This document shows, piece after piece, positions 38,051 through 48,622 of a stretch of 64,000 nucleotides of DNA. How positions within the stretch are numbered: the stretch's first letter is position 1; the number at the start of each line of letters is the position of its first letter. Below the pieces are notes generated by a model. It had not been told where the DNA came from. It did not search any database and saw only the letters and a program-made list of their open reading frames with translations. Source of the stretch: Felis catus. Its lineage: Eukaryota. The translations under genes were made by a program, and so were the position numbers. The stretch lies in the NCBI RefSeq assembly GCF_018350175.1, contig NC_058368.1, positions 101,992,001 to 102,056,000 on the forward strand, in the 5' to 3' direction.

Positions 38051-38248
38051 GGGGCGCCTGGGTGGCTCAGCCAGTTAAGCGTCTGATTTCGGCTCAGGTC
38101 ATGATCGCAGGGGTCGTGAGTTTGAGCCCCACACTGGGCTGTCTGCTGTGAGCACAGAGATTGCTCTGGATCCTCTGTCTCCTCCTCTCTCTGCCTCTCC
38201 TCTGCTCGTCCTGTCTCAAAAATAAATACATAAAATTTAAAAAAAAAC
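38051..38248 (+). mobile_element. Can-SINE, diverged
   Basis: GGGGCGCCTGGGTGGCTCAG head, A-rich tail. Confidence 0.9.
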
Positions 38249-39324
38249 AGTGACAAGTGTCTGCAAAAACATTCTTCGTGGCCATTCTCCCCCTAAAGTC
38301 AATCATTCACATTAAAATTTAAGACGGACAATGCCACGTTAAAAGAAAGCAAGCCAGTTTGGGCCATAGGATTATAAAGATAGACTTAAAAAAAACTTCT
38401 TGCTGTTTAGCTATAATTAGCATTAGCAAATGGTTCCCCCTGTTTTTTTAAGCTTCTCAAACGAAACCCTGTGTGTAAGGAGGCTCCATGCCAACGTGAA
38501 GGGCCATTCCTAAAATAAAAATTAAAGCTTTATAACAGCAAGTCAGGAAGATTCCTAATAACAGCCCCAGGAGTTGCTCTGTGACAAATCTGGTCCCAGA
38601 AACTAAAAATCAACTTTGCCTCTGGAGTTATGACTGTGACTCACAACCAAGACTATTAGCCCCAGTCTCAGAATATCTTTAGGGGGATCCTAAGATGATG
38701 ACCGAGTCAAAAGCTTGGGTCATTCTGCAGGAGGCCCTCTGTGTGTTTTCTTGGAATCACTAATACAAGTCAGGGGAAAAATAGACACTAGTACTTTAAG
38801 CCTTGTTTGGCCTGAACGGTCACAAAGGACTTTTTGTACTTGGTGTCTAACAGGCTTTGCTCTGAAAATCTTTGACCATGACTGTGCCAAATCCTGGCTC
38901 ATGCCCTATGTCATGCACAGCAATTAGGTTAGGTAACAAACTCCACGTCCCCTTGATGCACCCTCCTCTATCCCCAGCCGGTGACACTGCCCTGAGAGAA
39001 TGGTCTGGGCTCTCCTATTTGTAAAAAGACCCTCTGTTCAGAAAGCAGATGATTCATTTAATTGCAGTAACTCACTACTGCAGCTATATAAACACATGTC
39101 TGTGACTTTCCAAAGTGAGCATGGCCTACACTCACCACTTCTATTTTTCCAGGGTAGACAGGGCTGAATGCAAAAAAAGGAAAGGAAAAGGCTAATGACT
39201 TTATATGAGCAAATAAAGAGATCTAACAGAGTAACTGAACATACACACACATGTAATATATATATGTATATATATATATATGTTCATTCAGCAACGTGTA
39301 AGAAGCAATGTTAGCCCTTCCCCT

Positions 39325-39537
39325 GTATTTTTTTTTAAAGTTTATTTATTTGGAGACAGAGACAGCATGAACAGCTGAGGGGCAGAGAGAGAAAGAGGGA
39401 GGAGAAGACAGAATCCCAAGTAGGCTCCACACGGTCAGCACAGAGCCCGATGTGGGGCTCAGTCTCACAAACCGTGAGATGATGACCTGAGCCGAAACCC
39501 CGAGTGGGACGCTAACCAACAGGCACCCAGGTGCCCC
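39325..39537 (-). mobile_element. Can-SINE
   Basis: Flanked by AGCCCTTCC at 39313 and 39538. Confidence 0.9.
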
Positions 39538-39546
39538 AGCCCTTCC

Positions 39547-39766
39547 GTTTATTTTTCTAAGTTTTTTTTTTTAATGTTTATTTTTGAGAGAGACAGAATG
39601 TAAGCCAGGGGAGGGGCAGACAGAGAGGGAGACACAGAATCCAAAGCAGGCTCCATCCTCTGAGCTGCCAGCACAGAGCCCGAGGCAGGGCTTGAACTCA
39701 CAGACGCTGAGATCATGACCTGAGCACAAGTCGCACGCTCAACCGACGGAGCCACTCAGGCGCCCC
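39547..39766 (-). mobile_element. Can-SINE
   Basis: Flanked by AGCCCTTCC (39538) and AGCCCTCCC (39767). Confidence 0.92.
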
Positions 39767-40862
39767 AGCCCTCCCCCTTTAGATGATGGCGATGTAAAAT
39801 AAAGGAGTCAGAACCGAGTAAAAGTGACTGGGAAAGCTCGTACACGAAGCTGTTGGTCCCAGGTGGCCACGCATCCACGGAACTGAAGGTCCCGTCCACC
39901 CGCACCAGGCATCTAGGGCTCCTGCATCACCCTCCCCGGCCCAAACACAGCCTGCCAGGCAGCCCTCCCTGTGACCAACCAGCGCTGGCCTTGCTGCACA
40001 CTGCCACGTGAAGGGTGCCTTGTGGGTTTTGTGATCCCCTGAGTTTATTCAGGTGTAAGTATAAAACTGATGGCAGTTGGAGAAGGTCAGCATTACATAT
40101 TCATTTTATTTTAAATAATTGATGATGTTTCCTGTCTCTGCTTACATTAATTGCTCTCAGGTGTTGGAAAATGGCTCGGTGAGTTGCCTTTTAATGTGTT
40201 TCTTTAGAAAGACAGCGTGGCTGCTCTTTGGAATACTAAAAGCATCGTGTACTGCACAGGATTTTCTAACTGGAGGTTAATAAAGGGAACACAGGCACGG
40301 ATGCTCTCTGCCACGTGGAGGAGAGGGATGTATTTAACTATACACCTAAGGATGTGAGCGCTTTCTCCACTCTCAGAGTAGGACTCCTGTTTACCCAGAT
40401 TCTCCTGGTCGGATGCGGCAGTAGAAATCTACTCGGTATTCCGTATCTTTGAGAGGTAGTGACAATGATAATGGAGTATGAAATACAGAGTCATTTTTCA
40501 CGATCCGTCCACAGGGGATGTTTCCTCTCAAGTACAACCCACAAGTATTTTTTCAAAGAGTGCTTAGCCTTCCGAAGGAATGCAATGTAATTTTTTTTAA
40601 TCTGATCACACATACAAAGGAGTCGGGTTCTTGAAACAATAGTTCTTCTGCCACTTTCAAAAATACGAATCGTCTCACTTCTAGCCATATATAAAAAGGT
40701 CTGTTCTTTTTGTCTTAAATATTATTTTTGAGGAAAGGTTGGGCAGACACCACAACTTGAAGTTGAGGCTCTGCTCAACTTCTCCATTCTGCACTGATGC
40801 TTGGAGGAAGTAAATTTATAATGCCTATTAATTTACTGAGAGCAGACCAAGAAACTTAGTTT

Positions 40863-41087
40863 GTTTTTTTTAATTTTTTTTTCAACGTTTTTATTTATTT
40901 TTGGGACAGAGAGAGACAGAGCATGAACGGGGGAGGGGCAGAGAGAGAGGGAGACACAGAATCGGAAACAGGCTCCAGGCTCTGAGCCATCAGCCCAGAG
41001 CCTGACGCGGGGCTCGAACTCACGGACCGCGAGATCGTGACCTGGCTGAAGTCGGACGCTCAACCGACTGCACCACCCAGGTGCCCC
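40863..41087 (-). mobile_element. Can-SINE, young felid subfamily
   Basis: GTGACCTGGCTGAAG variant; TSD GAAACTTAGTTT 40851-40862/41088-41099. Confidence 0.96.
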
Positions 41088-41749
41088 GAAACTTAGTTTT
41101 AAAAGACTCTTCTGTGATGTGTGCTTCTAGGATGGAACACTAATCAAACCTATATTGAATTAACTCAGAGTCAAGCTGAGTCTCAGAAGCAGAACAGTTA
41201 GCTTTCGAGAAAGGGCAGGAGGCTTTGGGGATACCTTCAGGAGGCAGCAGGCTGGACTTGGGGTGACCTCACCCATTCTACGGATGAGCACTTACAAGTG
41301 TCCTCAGCAATGTCAGACCCCATCGTGAAGCGAGCACTATGGGACCATCCGTCTTGCTCTTTGCTTCTCTTTTTGGTTGGGTACATTACACAGCAAGAAA
41401 ACCAAGACACTTCTAATGGACATTCAAATTTAGGGTCTACGCTTCTTGAATGTTCCATCAAACAGCAACAGTAACCCAAAGAGCTCTGTTTTCAGTCCAA
41501 ATTTTGGTTAAGAGGCAAGATCTTTTCTAACCACTGTGAACCATAACCGAACCGTTTGATTAACCGTGCCAAGTAAATACACAGTACTTTACATCGTATC
41601 GACCTACTCGCGCACAAAGTACGCGTGCAACATTCACAGATATCGCTCGGGGTGTGTGGGTGTGTGCGCATGTACACGCACGCTGACAGAGAGCAAGTCA
41701 ATACAACAGCTGCTCAGCGTTATTTACAATATACTGGCATCACTGCTGA

Positions 41750-42290
41750 CCTAAAGAGCTGAAGAAAATAACAGGCCATATTTTCAGCTTAATAAAATCC
41801 TGCAGGAGGGAGCCCTTTATGAACAATTACAAGCATTTGCTGGAAATACGTTTGCTGATTTAACAAACTGGGTAGGACAAATGTTTAACATGCTGGCGTA
41901 ATGATGTTCAGATGCTTTTCTTCGTATCCGTTGATCTGAGATAATGCGTTCTTGCCCAATCACGCTACAAGGAAGCTGCAGAAATAAATAAATAAATACA
42001 TGTAATGTGATGCGCTCTCACAAGAGCGGAGCTGCTGACTGCCCCTGACAGATGGAAAAAAAAAAAAAAAAAAAAAAAAAGTCAATATGATGTCTGAGAC
42101 AGCCCAGGCTCAGCACCGCAGAATAAATTACATGATCCGCTGAATGCCTGGGCTTCGCTCAGACATACAAAAAAATTGGAAAGATAAAAGCTTGCATTGG
42201 CTTCAGATGATATTTACTGCTTGATGGATTTACTAGCAGCCCCAGTACAGTCATACTGTATTGAATTATTGGCCTCTATTTAGCTGTGTG
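41750..42290. promoter_or_regulatory. Candidate conserved non-coding element / enhancer
   Basis: No recognisable TE; TGATGGAT (42222), TGACAGATG (42046), TGATTTAA (41856), TTTATGA (41816); contains hairpins; conservation not verified. Confidence 0.35.
42090..42166. other. Imperfect inverted repeat / stem-loop (23 Watson-Crick pairs)
   Basis: ATGTCTGAG/CTCAGACAT, AGCCCAGGC/GCCTGGGCT and TCAGC/GCTGA around a 24-nt loop. Confidence 0.9.
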
Positions 42291-42894
42291 TCCGTCGGAG
42301 TTTGAGTGTCCATTTAAGCGTAAGTGAGCTGGAGGCCCGCCAAGGCTCTTGGAGGCTCTGGGTACAGAGGAAGATGTGAGCTAATGGCCACCAGCTTGAA
42401 GAACAGGGAGCTTGAGGACACTGGGGTGGGGGGCAGCAACAAAGCCCAGCTACAAAGTACTTTCTTATCAATATTAATGCCAAAATAAATATTAATGGAG
42501 GCTGCCCAGCATACCATTTTTGAATGTGCCTTGTTTTCTTTGTATTTTAACACAAATGGCTGGAAATGACTGTGTGATTTTTCTCTCTCTTTCTTCCGCA
42601 CTTTCGCTCTTGCTCGGAATCTACGGGGGAATTTGGAAAAGACCATTAGCTTTACTGCTACCCGTTGTCACAGCAGCAGGGTTTCTATAAGGCAAAGGAG
42701 GCAAATGAAATGCTGGCTTTAAGACGTATATGGCTTCCAATAAAATATATGATTGGAATAGTAATGTAAAGTACAACCGCTATTGTTATGGATTCTTTAT
42801 TGCATCGTGCTATGGTGGTGCAATTGAGAAGTAGCATTTCATGTACAATGAGGCCATGAGCAAAGTTGCATTGTTACCTTAACTTCAAAAAAAG

Positions 42895-42990
42895 GTGGTA
42901 TGTGGAGACAATGGGTAGGGGGGAACTCTGTACTTTTTGCTCAGTTTTGCTGTGAACCTAGAACTGCTCTTGAAAAATGAAGTTTATTAG
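42895..42990 (+). mobile_element. L1MB-type extreme 3' end
   Basis: GGGAACTCTGTACTTTTTGCTCAGTTTTGCTGTGAACCTAGAACTGCTCT. Confidence 0.8.
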
Positions 42991-43429
42991 TTATATGAAG
43001 AGGCACATACACAAAGGAGGTGTGGGTGTGGTGGGGGAAACAAAGAGAACTTCCAGCAGAAGGCACTGGACTGACTGAGCCAGGGCCTCAAATGCGGGTG
43101 AACTTGGAATTTTGCACAACGTGTGTCTGATGGGGAACAGAGGGTGACCTGGGGCGATGGTGCAGTTGAAGAGATGGTCTGGGTCTGGCTATTCCAGGTT
43201 GATCGCTATTTATAGGAGGGATCAGGAAGATGACTGCAGGGCTCCAGGGTGAGAGCTCTAGGACATCTGTGCAAGGGTTTAGCTTCCATTAGCAGCACAG
43301 AGCAACCAAATGCTCTGGGAAGGTGCACATGGGGCATGCCAGAGGACTACGCGTGCAAGGTCAGCATCAAGAAGATATCCCTGCTCCGCAAGGACACATA
43401 CCATCCTCAGGGTCAGAAAACAAGCTGCA

Positions 43430-43760
43430 GGCCAGGTATCCCTGCATTAACATGCACTGTAACCACAAACAAATTGCGCAATTTCTTTTAGTCTCTATTT
43501 CTGAGCCTGTGAAACAGATGATAGTATCATTTTACTACTTCACACGATACTTAGAGGATCAGGTGGAAGAAGAACCATGGAAAGGGTTCACTGTTGCAGC
43601 AACATAAACTTCACAACACAGCGATATGGGACTCACAGTACCCATCCTACAGAGAAGAAAGGTAAGGCACAGTTACTTATGCAGGTCACACAACTCTATC
43701 ACAGAAATGCTGAGACTGGAATCCATGCTCCCCTGGTTCTGGAATACTCTCTGGGCTATT
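43430..43760. mobile_element. Two opposed MIR fragments
   Basis: Forward CTGTGAAACAGATGATAGTATC; reverse CCCATCCTACAGAGAAGAAA..GGTCACACAAC. Confidence 0.55.
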
Positions 43761-44239
43761 AAGGTGAACAGTGGCTGGCATCCCCCTCTGCAGGTGGCAG
43801 GATTAGTTGCGATTGACCTTGTGGATCCAAAAGCACATCACAAACCTGAACTGGATAGCTGTGAAGCCTCTGATAGGGTCCCCAACATCCCTCACCCCTC
43901 ATGCCAACACAGACCCACTTCTGGTGAGAAGGTGCTGGGGTATATGAGCTGGGGGACCCTGACACCCGAAACATCTGGGATGAAATCCCTTGGCTGGCTC
44001 TAGGCAGAGCAAGCTCCCAGGATGAAGGGGCGATGGGTGCTGTCGTGGGTCCTACCCATTCTCTGCAGGGTGCTGTACAACACACAAGCAGCAGCACCCC
44101 GCCCCCAAGTATCTCAACGTCTCCACATCTGCCAGTGGAACACTCAAATCCATTCTTTGTATAGCCTTTTAAGAACAAAAGGATCCATAAGGCAAATGGG
44201 AACAATCACTAGAGCTCAGACTTACACTAATGGAGAATA

Positions 44240-44450
44240 ATTGTTATTTTCATCTGGGTGCCTGACACACATCATCTCACTACTTTGTCGGAAGAGTGCG
44301 GCAAAGTGGCTGGCGGTGTTTCCAGTTTCCAACGAGAAGTAAGTTGAGGTTCCAGGAGGTTAAATCTTTGCTCAGGGTCATACAACTGGGAAGTCAGTAA
44401 GCTCAGGTTCAAAGCCCAGGTTCCCCTCTGTGGGTGTGATGCTTTCCCTG
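44240..44450 (-). mobile_element. MIR fragment
   Basis: TGAGGTTCCAGGAGGTTAAATCTTTGCTCAGGGTCATACAAC..GGTTCAAAGCCCAGG. Confidence 0.6.
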
Positions 44451-44624
44451 GGGGTGACCCTGAGAAGTCTCTGTTTAGGGATGGTATTCATACATTTCAG
44501 ATCAACTTGTGTGAAATATTCTTTCTTCTTCTAATGACTCTTTTAAAAAGGAAGGAAATTTTACTTGTATTATTACTTGTACTATTATTAGTTGTAACTC
44601 ATCTGTTCTCATAGGGATTTTTTT

Positions 44625-44839
44625 TTTAACGTTTGTTTATTTTTGAGGGCGAGAGAGAGACCGAGCATGAGTGGGGGAGGGGCAGAGAGAAAGAGGCAGA
44701 CACAGAATCCAAAGCTGGCTCCAGGCTCTGAGCTGTCAGCACAGAGCCTGACGTGGGTGGGGCTTGAACCCATGAACCACAAGATCACGACCTGAGCCGA
44801 AGTCAGATGCTCAACCCTCTGAGCCACGCAGGTGCCCCC
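44625..44839 (-). mobile_element. Can-SINE
   Basis: TSD CA(T/G)AGGGATTTTTTT. Confidence 0.94.
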
Positions 44840-44864
44840 AGAGGGATTTTTTTTCCTCAAAGCC

Positions 44865-45010
44865 CCACATGGTTTGGTGGAGTGTCAGATACCTAACACT
44901 TAAAATCAGACAGGCTGCAGTTCCAGGTCCAGCCCCAAGGAGGGAGAACTTTTGGACAAGTTATTAAGCCTTTCTGTGCCTCACTGTACTCAAGTTCAAG
45001 TAAAAAGAAT
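44865..45010 (+). mobile_element. MIR fragment
   Basis: ACTTTGGACAAGTTATTAAGCCTTTCTGTGCCTCA. Confidence 0.6.
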
Positions 45011-46118
45011 AACAATACTTTGCTGCCACTGCTGCTTATCATTATTAACGTAAGAGCAAACACTACTGACTTTATAGCAGTGTAACTGTAAGACCCTGGC
45101 CAACTAGTATCATAAAATGCGCAGATCAAGACACAGAGAGTGCTTTATTACTCCCTATAACTACCGAAATTGATCATGTTAGTAGCTAGAATAATCTGCA
45201 GACTATAAATAGGTCAGAGCCGCGCACAGGCACACACAGGGCAGGGATCTTCCTTTAAGATACGCTTCAGAAAGGATGGCAGGGGAGACTTTGAATTTGG
45301 CCATCTCTGGCATCTGCCTGAGGAGGTGGGGCTAAGAGACCCTTTGTTTCTTGGCCAAGGTGACACAGTTTGTGATTTGCATCTCTTACCACACTAGGAC
45401 TCAGCAAGCAGGAGGCTCTCTGCAGGGAAACACTCAGCATTGCCGTGACAGGAACCCAACTATGCTTCCCAGTGACAACATAATTTCATGTGATGGCAGA
45501 AATGTATGTATTATCTCAGGAATTGATGAAGGAAACGCAATTTAAAATTTTTTTATTAACATACGTATGTGGCTACGCTACAGATCTGCATTACGAACAG
45601 TAGGGTGTGTGGCTTCTTAAAATGACAAATCGAACCACTTTAATAAACACTGGTAAAAAGTATTACATAGAAGTCCCACATTTTGACTTATCAAAAATAG
45701 CAACAACAAATGCTTTAATGCCATGTTCCTGTATCGCTATCATTCACACAGAGTTTTAATCCGTTACTTAAAACCTTCAGCTTTTTGTCAGTAGTCATAT
45801 GAAAGCCGGCTGTGGATTAGCCCTCAGTATGTGTGACGTATGTCAAACCAAACATACTATCATCTGGCACCAGTCACTTATAGACAGGAGAGCTCAGTTG
45901 AAATGTACTAGTAATTAGACTTGACTTTAGTTGTTAATGGAACCCAAGTTAATGGATGTGCTAATTATTCTTCTCTGTAACAGACACTGGCACTTGTTTG
46001 GTTTCTACTTGGGACAAAGATAGATCAGTGAATGTTAGGGTAATGAAGTCATCAGTCTGACCCCTGCGTCATACATTATAGGCGTGGTTTCAGACTCTAC
46101 GAGCCCTAAAAATTGTGG

Positions 46119-46400
46119 AAGGGTTTGGACAACTGTTCGTAAGAAACACTAACAACATAGGAAAAATAAACCGTTATGGTGTGAATACTGAAAACCTATA
46201 TATAGAATGATGAGCCGTTAACAGGAGAACACAGAGTAAGGAGAGACGGGTAACCTTAAGACGGAAGTGATCAATAGGCAAGCTCCCTTGGGATCAATCA
46301 ATACTAGGACTGCAATCCTCTGGTATATTTATTAACAACCTGGAAGATGGATGAGATGAAAAGTAGTTGAATTTGTCGATGACAAAATTGAAAGATTAAG
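46119..46400 (+). mobile_element. CR1/L3 LINE reverse-transcriptase fossil
   Basis: Frameshifted translation gives KGLD, KINRYG, APLGS-ILG, IFINNLEDG, FVDD (46372-46383), collinear with CR1-type KAFD, KL.RYG, VPQGSVLGP.LFNIFINDL, FADD. Confidence 0.7.
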
Positions 46401-48100
46401 GAAGACAGCGAACTACTATAGGAAAACGTCTAAGGAAACCCTGTATTAAACTACTAAAATGAGCAAGCAATCAAAGAAGAAGCCTGGATGCTCTGAAGTC
46501 CCTCAGGGGGTGGGGGTGGGGGGGAAGGATGAGAGAAGCTTCATTATTCAAGAATAAATTCTGAATATTCCAGAGAAGACTAAATTTGATTAAGGACTGA
46601 GATAATTACTGTGAATACGTTTGTTCATAAATAAGCAAAAACAAAACTAGTAGACATTCGTTCTGTAGAAGACACAAGTAAGTCAACTTCAGCCATGCTG
46701 TACTGTTTTTTTAGTGTTTGGTCATCTCTAGTCTTTGAGAACTCTTTCTTAGCTTGCCTACCATGTCAGACTGTTATTTTCCCCCTCCAGCTTTCTTGTG
46801 TCCAAATATGATACCTAGAAGCAAACACAGCTAACAATCTTCTGAGGGGTGCCCCTCAGCTATGCAATTCACATGCAAGACACTCTGTAGAAATCTGGAT
46901 CCAAGAGAACATACCCCATGCTTTCTGAATGATCAACACAGGAACGCACGCATGAAGTATTTGGTACACTTAGATGGGCCTCTACCTTGCATCTTGAAAA
47001 TCTGCTTAGGAATCTGAAGTTGTGAATGAATATGGAGCCTCCTTAAATTGCTCATAATCCCAGCAGAATTTGCGAGCGGGGCGGAGCTCTTCCTTCCTTT
47101 AACTGTGGTGACCAGTGAGTCTGGAAGCCATGTTTCCTTCTTTGTCCCACTGCTGTCACTGGTAACCATGACCCCAGGGATGGCTCCTGACACAGCACTG
47201 TGGGCTCTAACAGCTCTCTTATACTTCTAAAGAATGTGTCAACATGACAAGAGAGACACCGTCATTCTGGAGTGAGTTAGACTCTCCCCAGGTAAACTTG
47301 TCCTGATTTGCAAAGAACTGTGGTGCCTCATCAAAGAGTCATTCAATTTTGCCCCACCTCCTTTGCTCCTTCCAATTTAGTGAGCTGGTGCTTCTTCTTC
47401 ATGTGTTGATGCCCCAGACAGCCTGTTGAGGGAGGGTTTCAACATTTTCTGTAGATTTCTTTGGAAATCTCCTTTCTTTGGATGGGAGACCAAAAGATGA
47501 AGGTCCAGTAAGAAGGAGTCAAAGGATGATAGAATTTTAATACCTTCCGTTACTCACCTTCTGGCAATTACAAATATTTATTTGTGTATGTGGGTGAGCA
47601 CGTGCACATGTGTGCAGGACATGAGACCACTCTGATGAGAAAAACCTAAGAAGCAAATTTCTATATATACACAGGATCATGTAACCTTGACTCCTCATGA
47701 AATAAGACTTCTATAATTTAGTTCTACTAAATGTCATCATAGAAAGTAATTAGAGCTGGACTCTAAATTATTACAATAATAATTGGGCTTACAGGAATAA
47801 TAATGAACCCTGGATGACAATATATAAAACCCATGGCCAAGTTTCAGCACTAAAGGCCATGTGGAAAAACCCTGCTGTGCAAGATGTTCAGCTATGTCAC
47901 CTAGGTGCCTACACTTCCACTAACCTATGTGATATTTTAAGAAAATAAAATGAAATTCACTATGTGCTATTAGTCACGGACACCCACATGCTGTTAGGGA
48001 AAACAAAATAGACCACAGACCAAAATAGACTAGGAGACTCCCCCCAACTTCACAACATGGTGCCCACAGCCATAATATGCCTATGTGTGTCTGCAATTTT

Positions 48101-48325
48101 TTTTAATTAAAATAATTTTTTAATGTGTATTCATTTTTTGAAGGAGAGACAGACAGAGCATGAGCAGGGAGGGGCAGAGAGAGAGGGAAACACAGAATCT
48201 GAAGCAGGCTCCAGGCTCTGAGCTGTCAGCACAGAGCCTGATGCGGGGCTCGAACCCATGGACCGTGAGATGATGACTTGAGCTGAAGTCGGACGCTCAA
48301 CCGACTGAGCCACCCTGGTGCCCCC
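48101..48325 (-). mobile_element. Can-SINE
   Basis: TSD TGTCTGCAATTTT 48088-48100/48326-48338. Confidence 0.95.
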
Positions 48326-48422
48326 TGTCTGCAATTTTCTTTTTTTAAGTGAAGTATCTTCACACATCAGGTAGATGTTTCCTGATACGATCCTAACTGG
48401 TTGCCTCCCAATAGAGGCAGAT

Positions 48423-48622
48423 TTTTTGAAATTTTATTTATTGAGAGAGACAGAGAGAAAAAACATGAGTGGGGAGGGGCACAGACCGAGGGGGAGACAG
48501 AATCCCAAGCAGGCTCTGCACTGCCAGCACACAGCTGGTGTGGGGCTCGAACTTAGAAACTGTGAGATCATGACCTGGGCAGAAGTCAGATGCTTCACCA
48601 ACTGAGCCACCCAAGTGCCCCC
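48423..48622 (-). mobile_element. Can-SINE
   Basis: TSD ATA(G/C)AGGCAGAT 48411-48422/48625-48636. Confidence 0.92.

Noticed and set aside
43787..43800. CTCF-like motif TCTGCAGGTGGCAG
   Set aside because: Two mismatches to the core consensus; cannot be told from chance without ChIP or conservation data
47545..47570. Minus-strand TGCCAG|AAG|GTGAGT possible 3-nt microexon
   Set aside because: No polypyrimidine tract upstream; consensus donors are expected by chance (also near 4500 and 8548)
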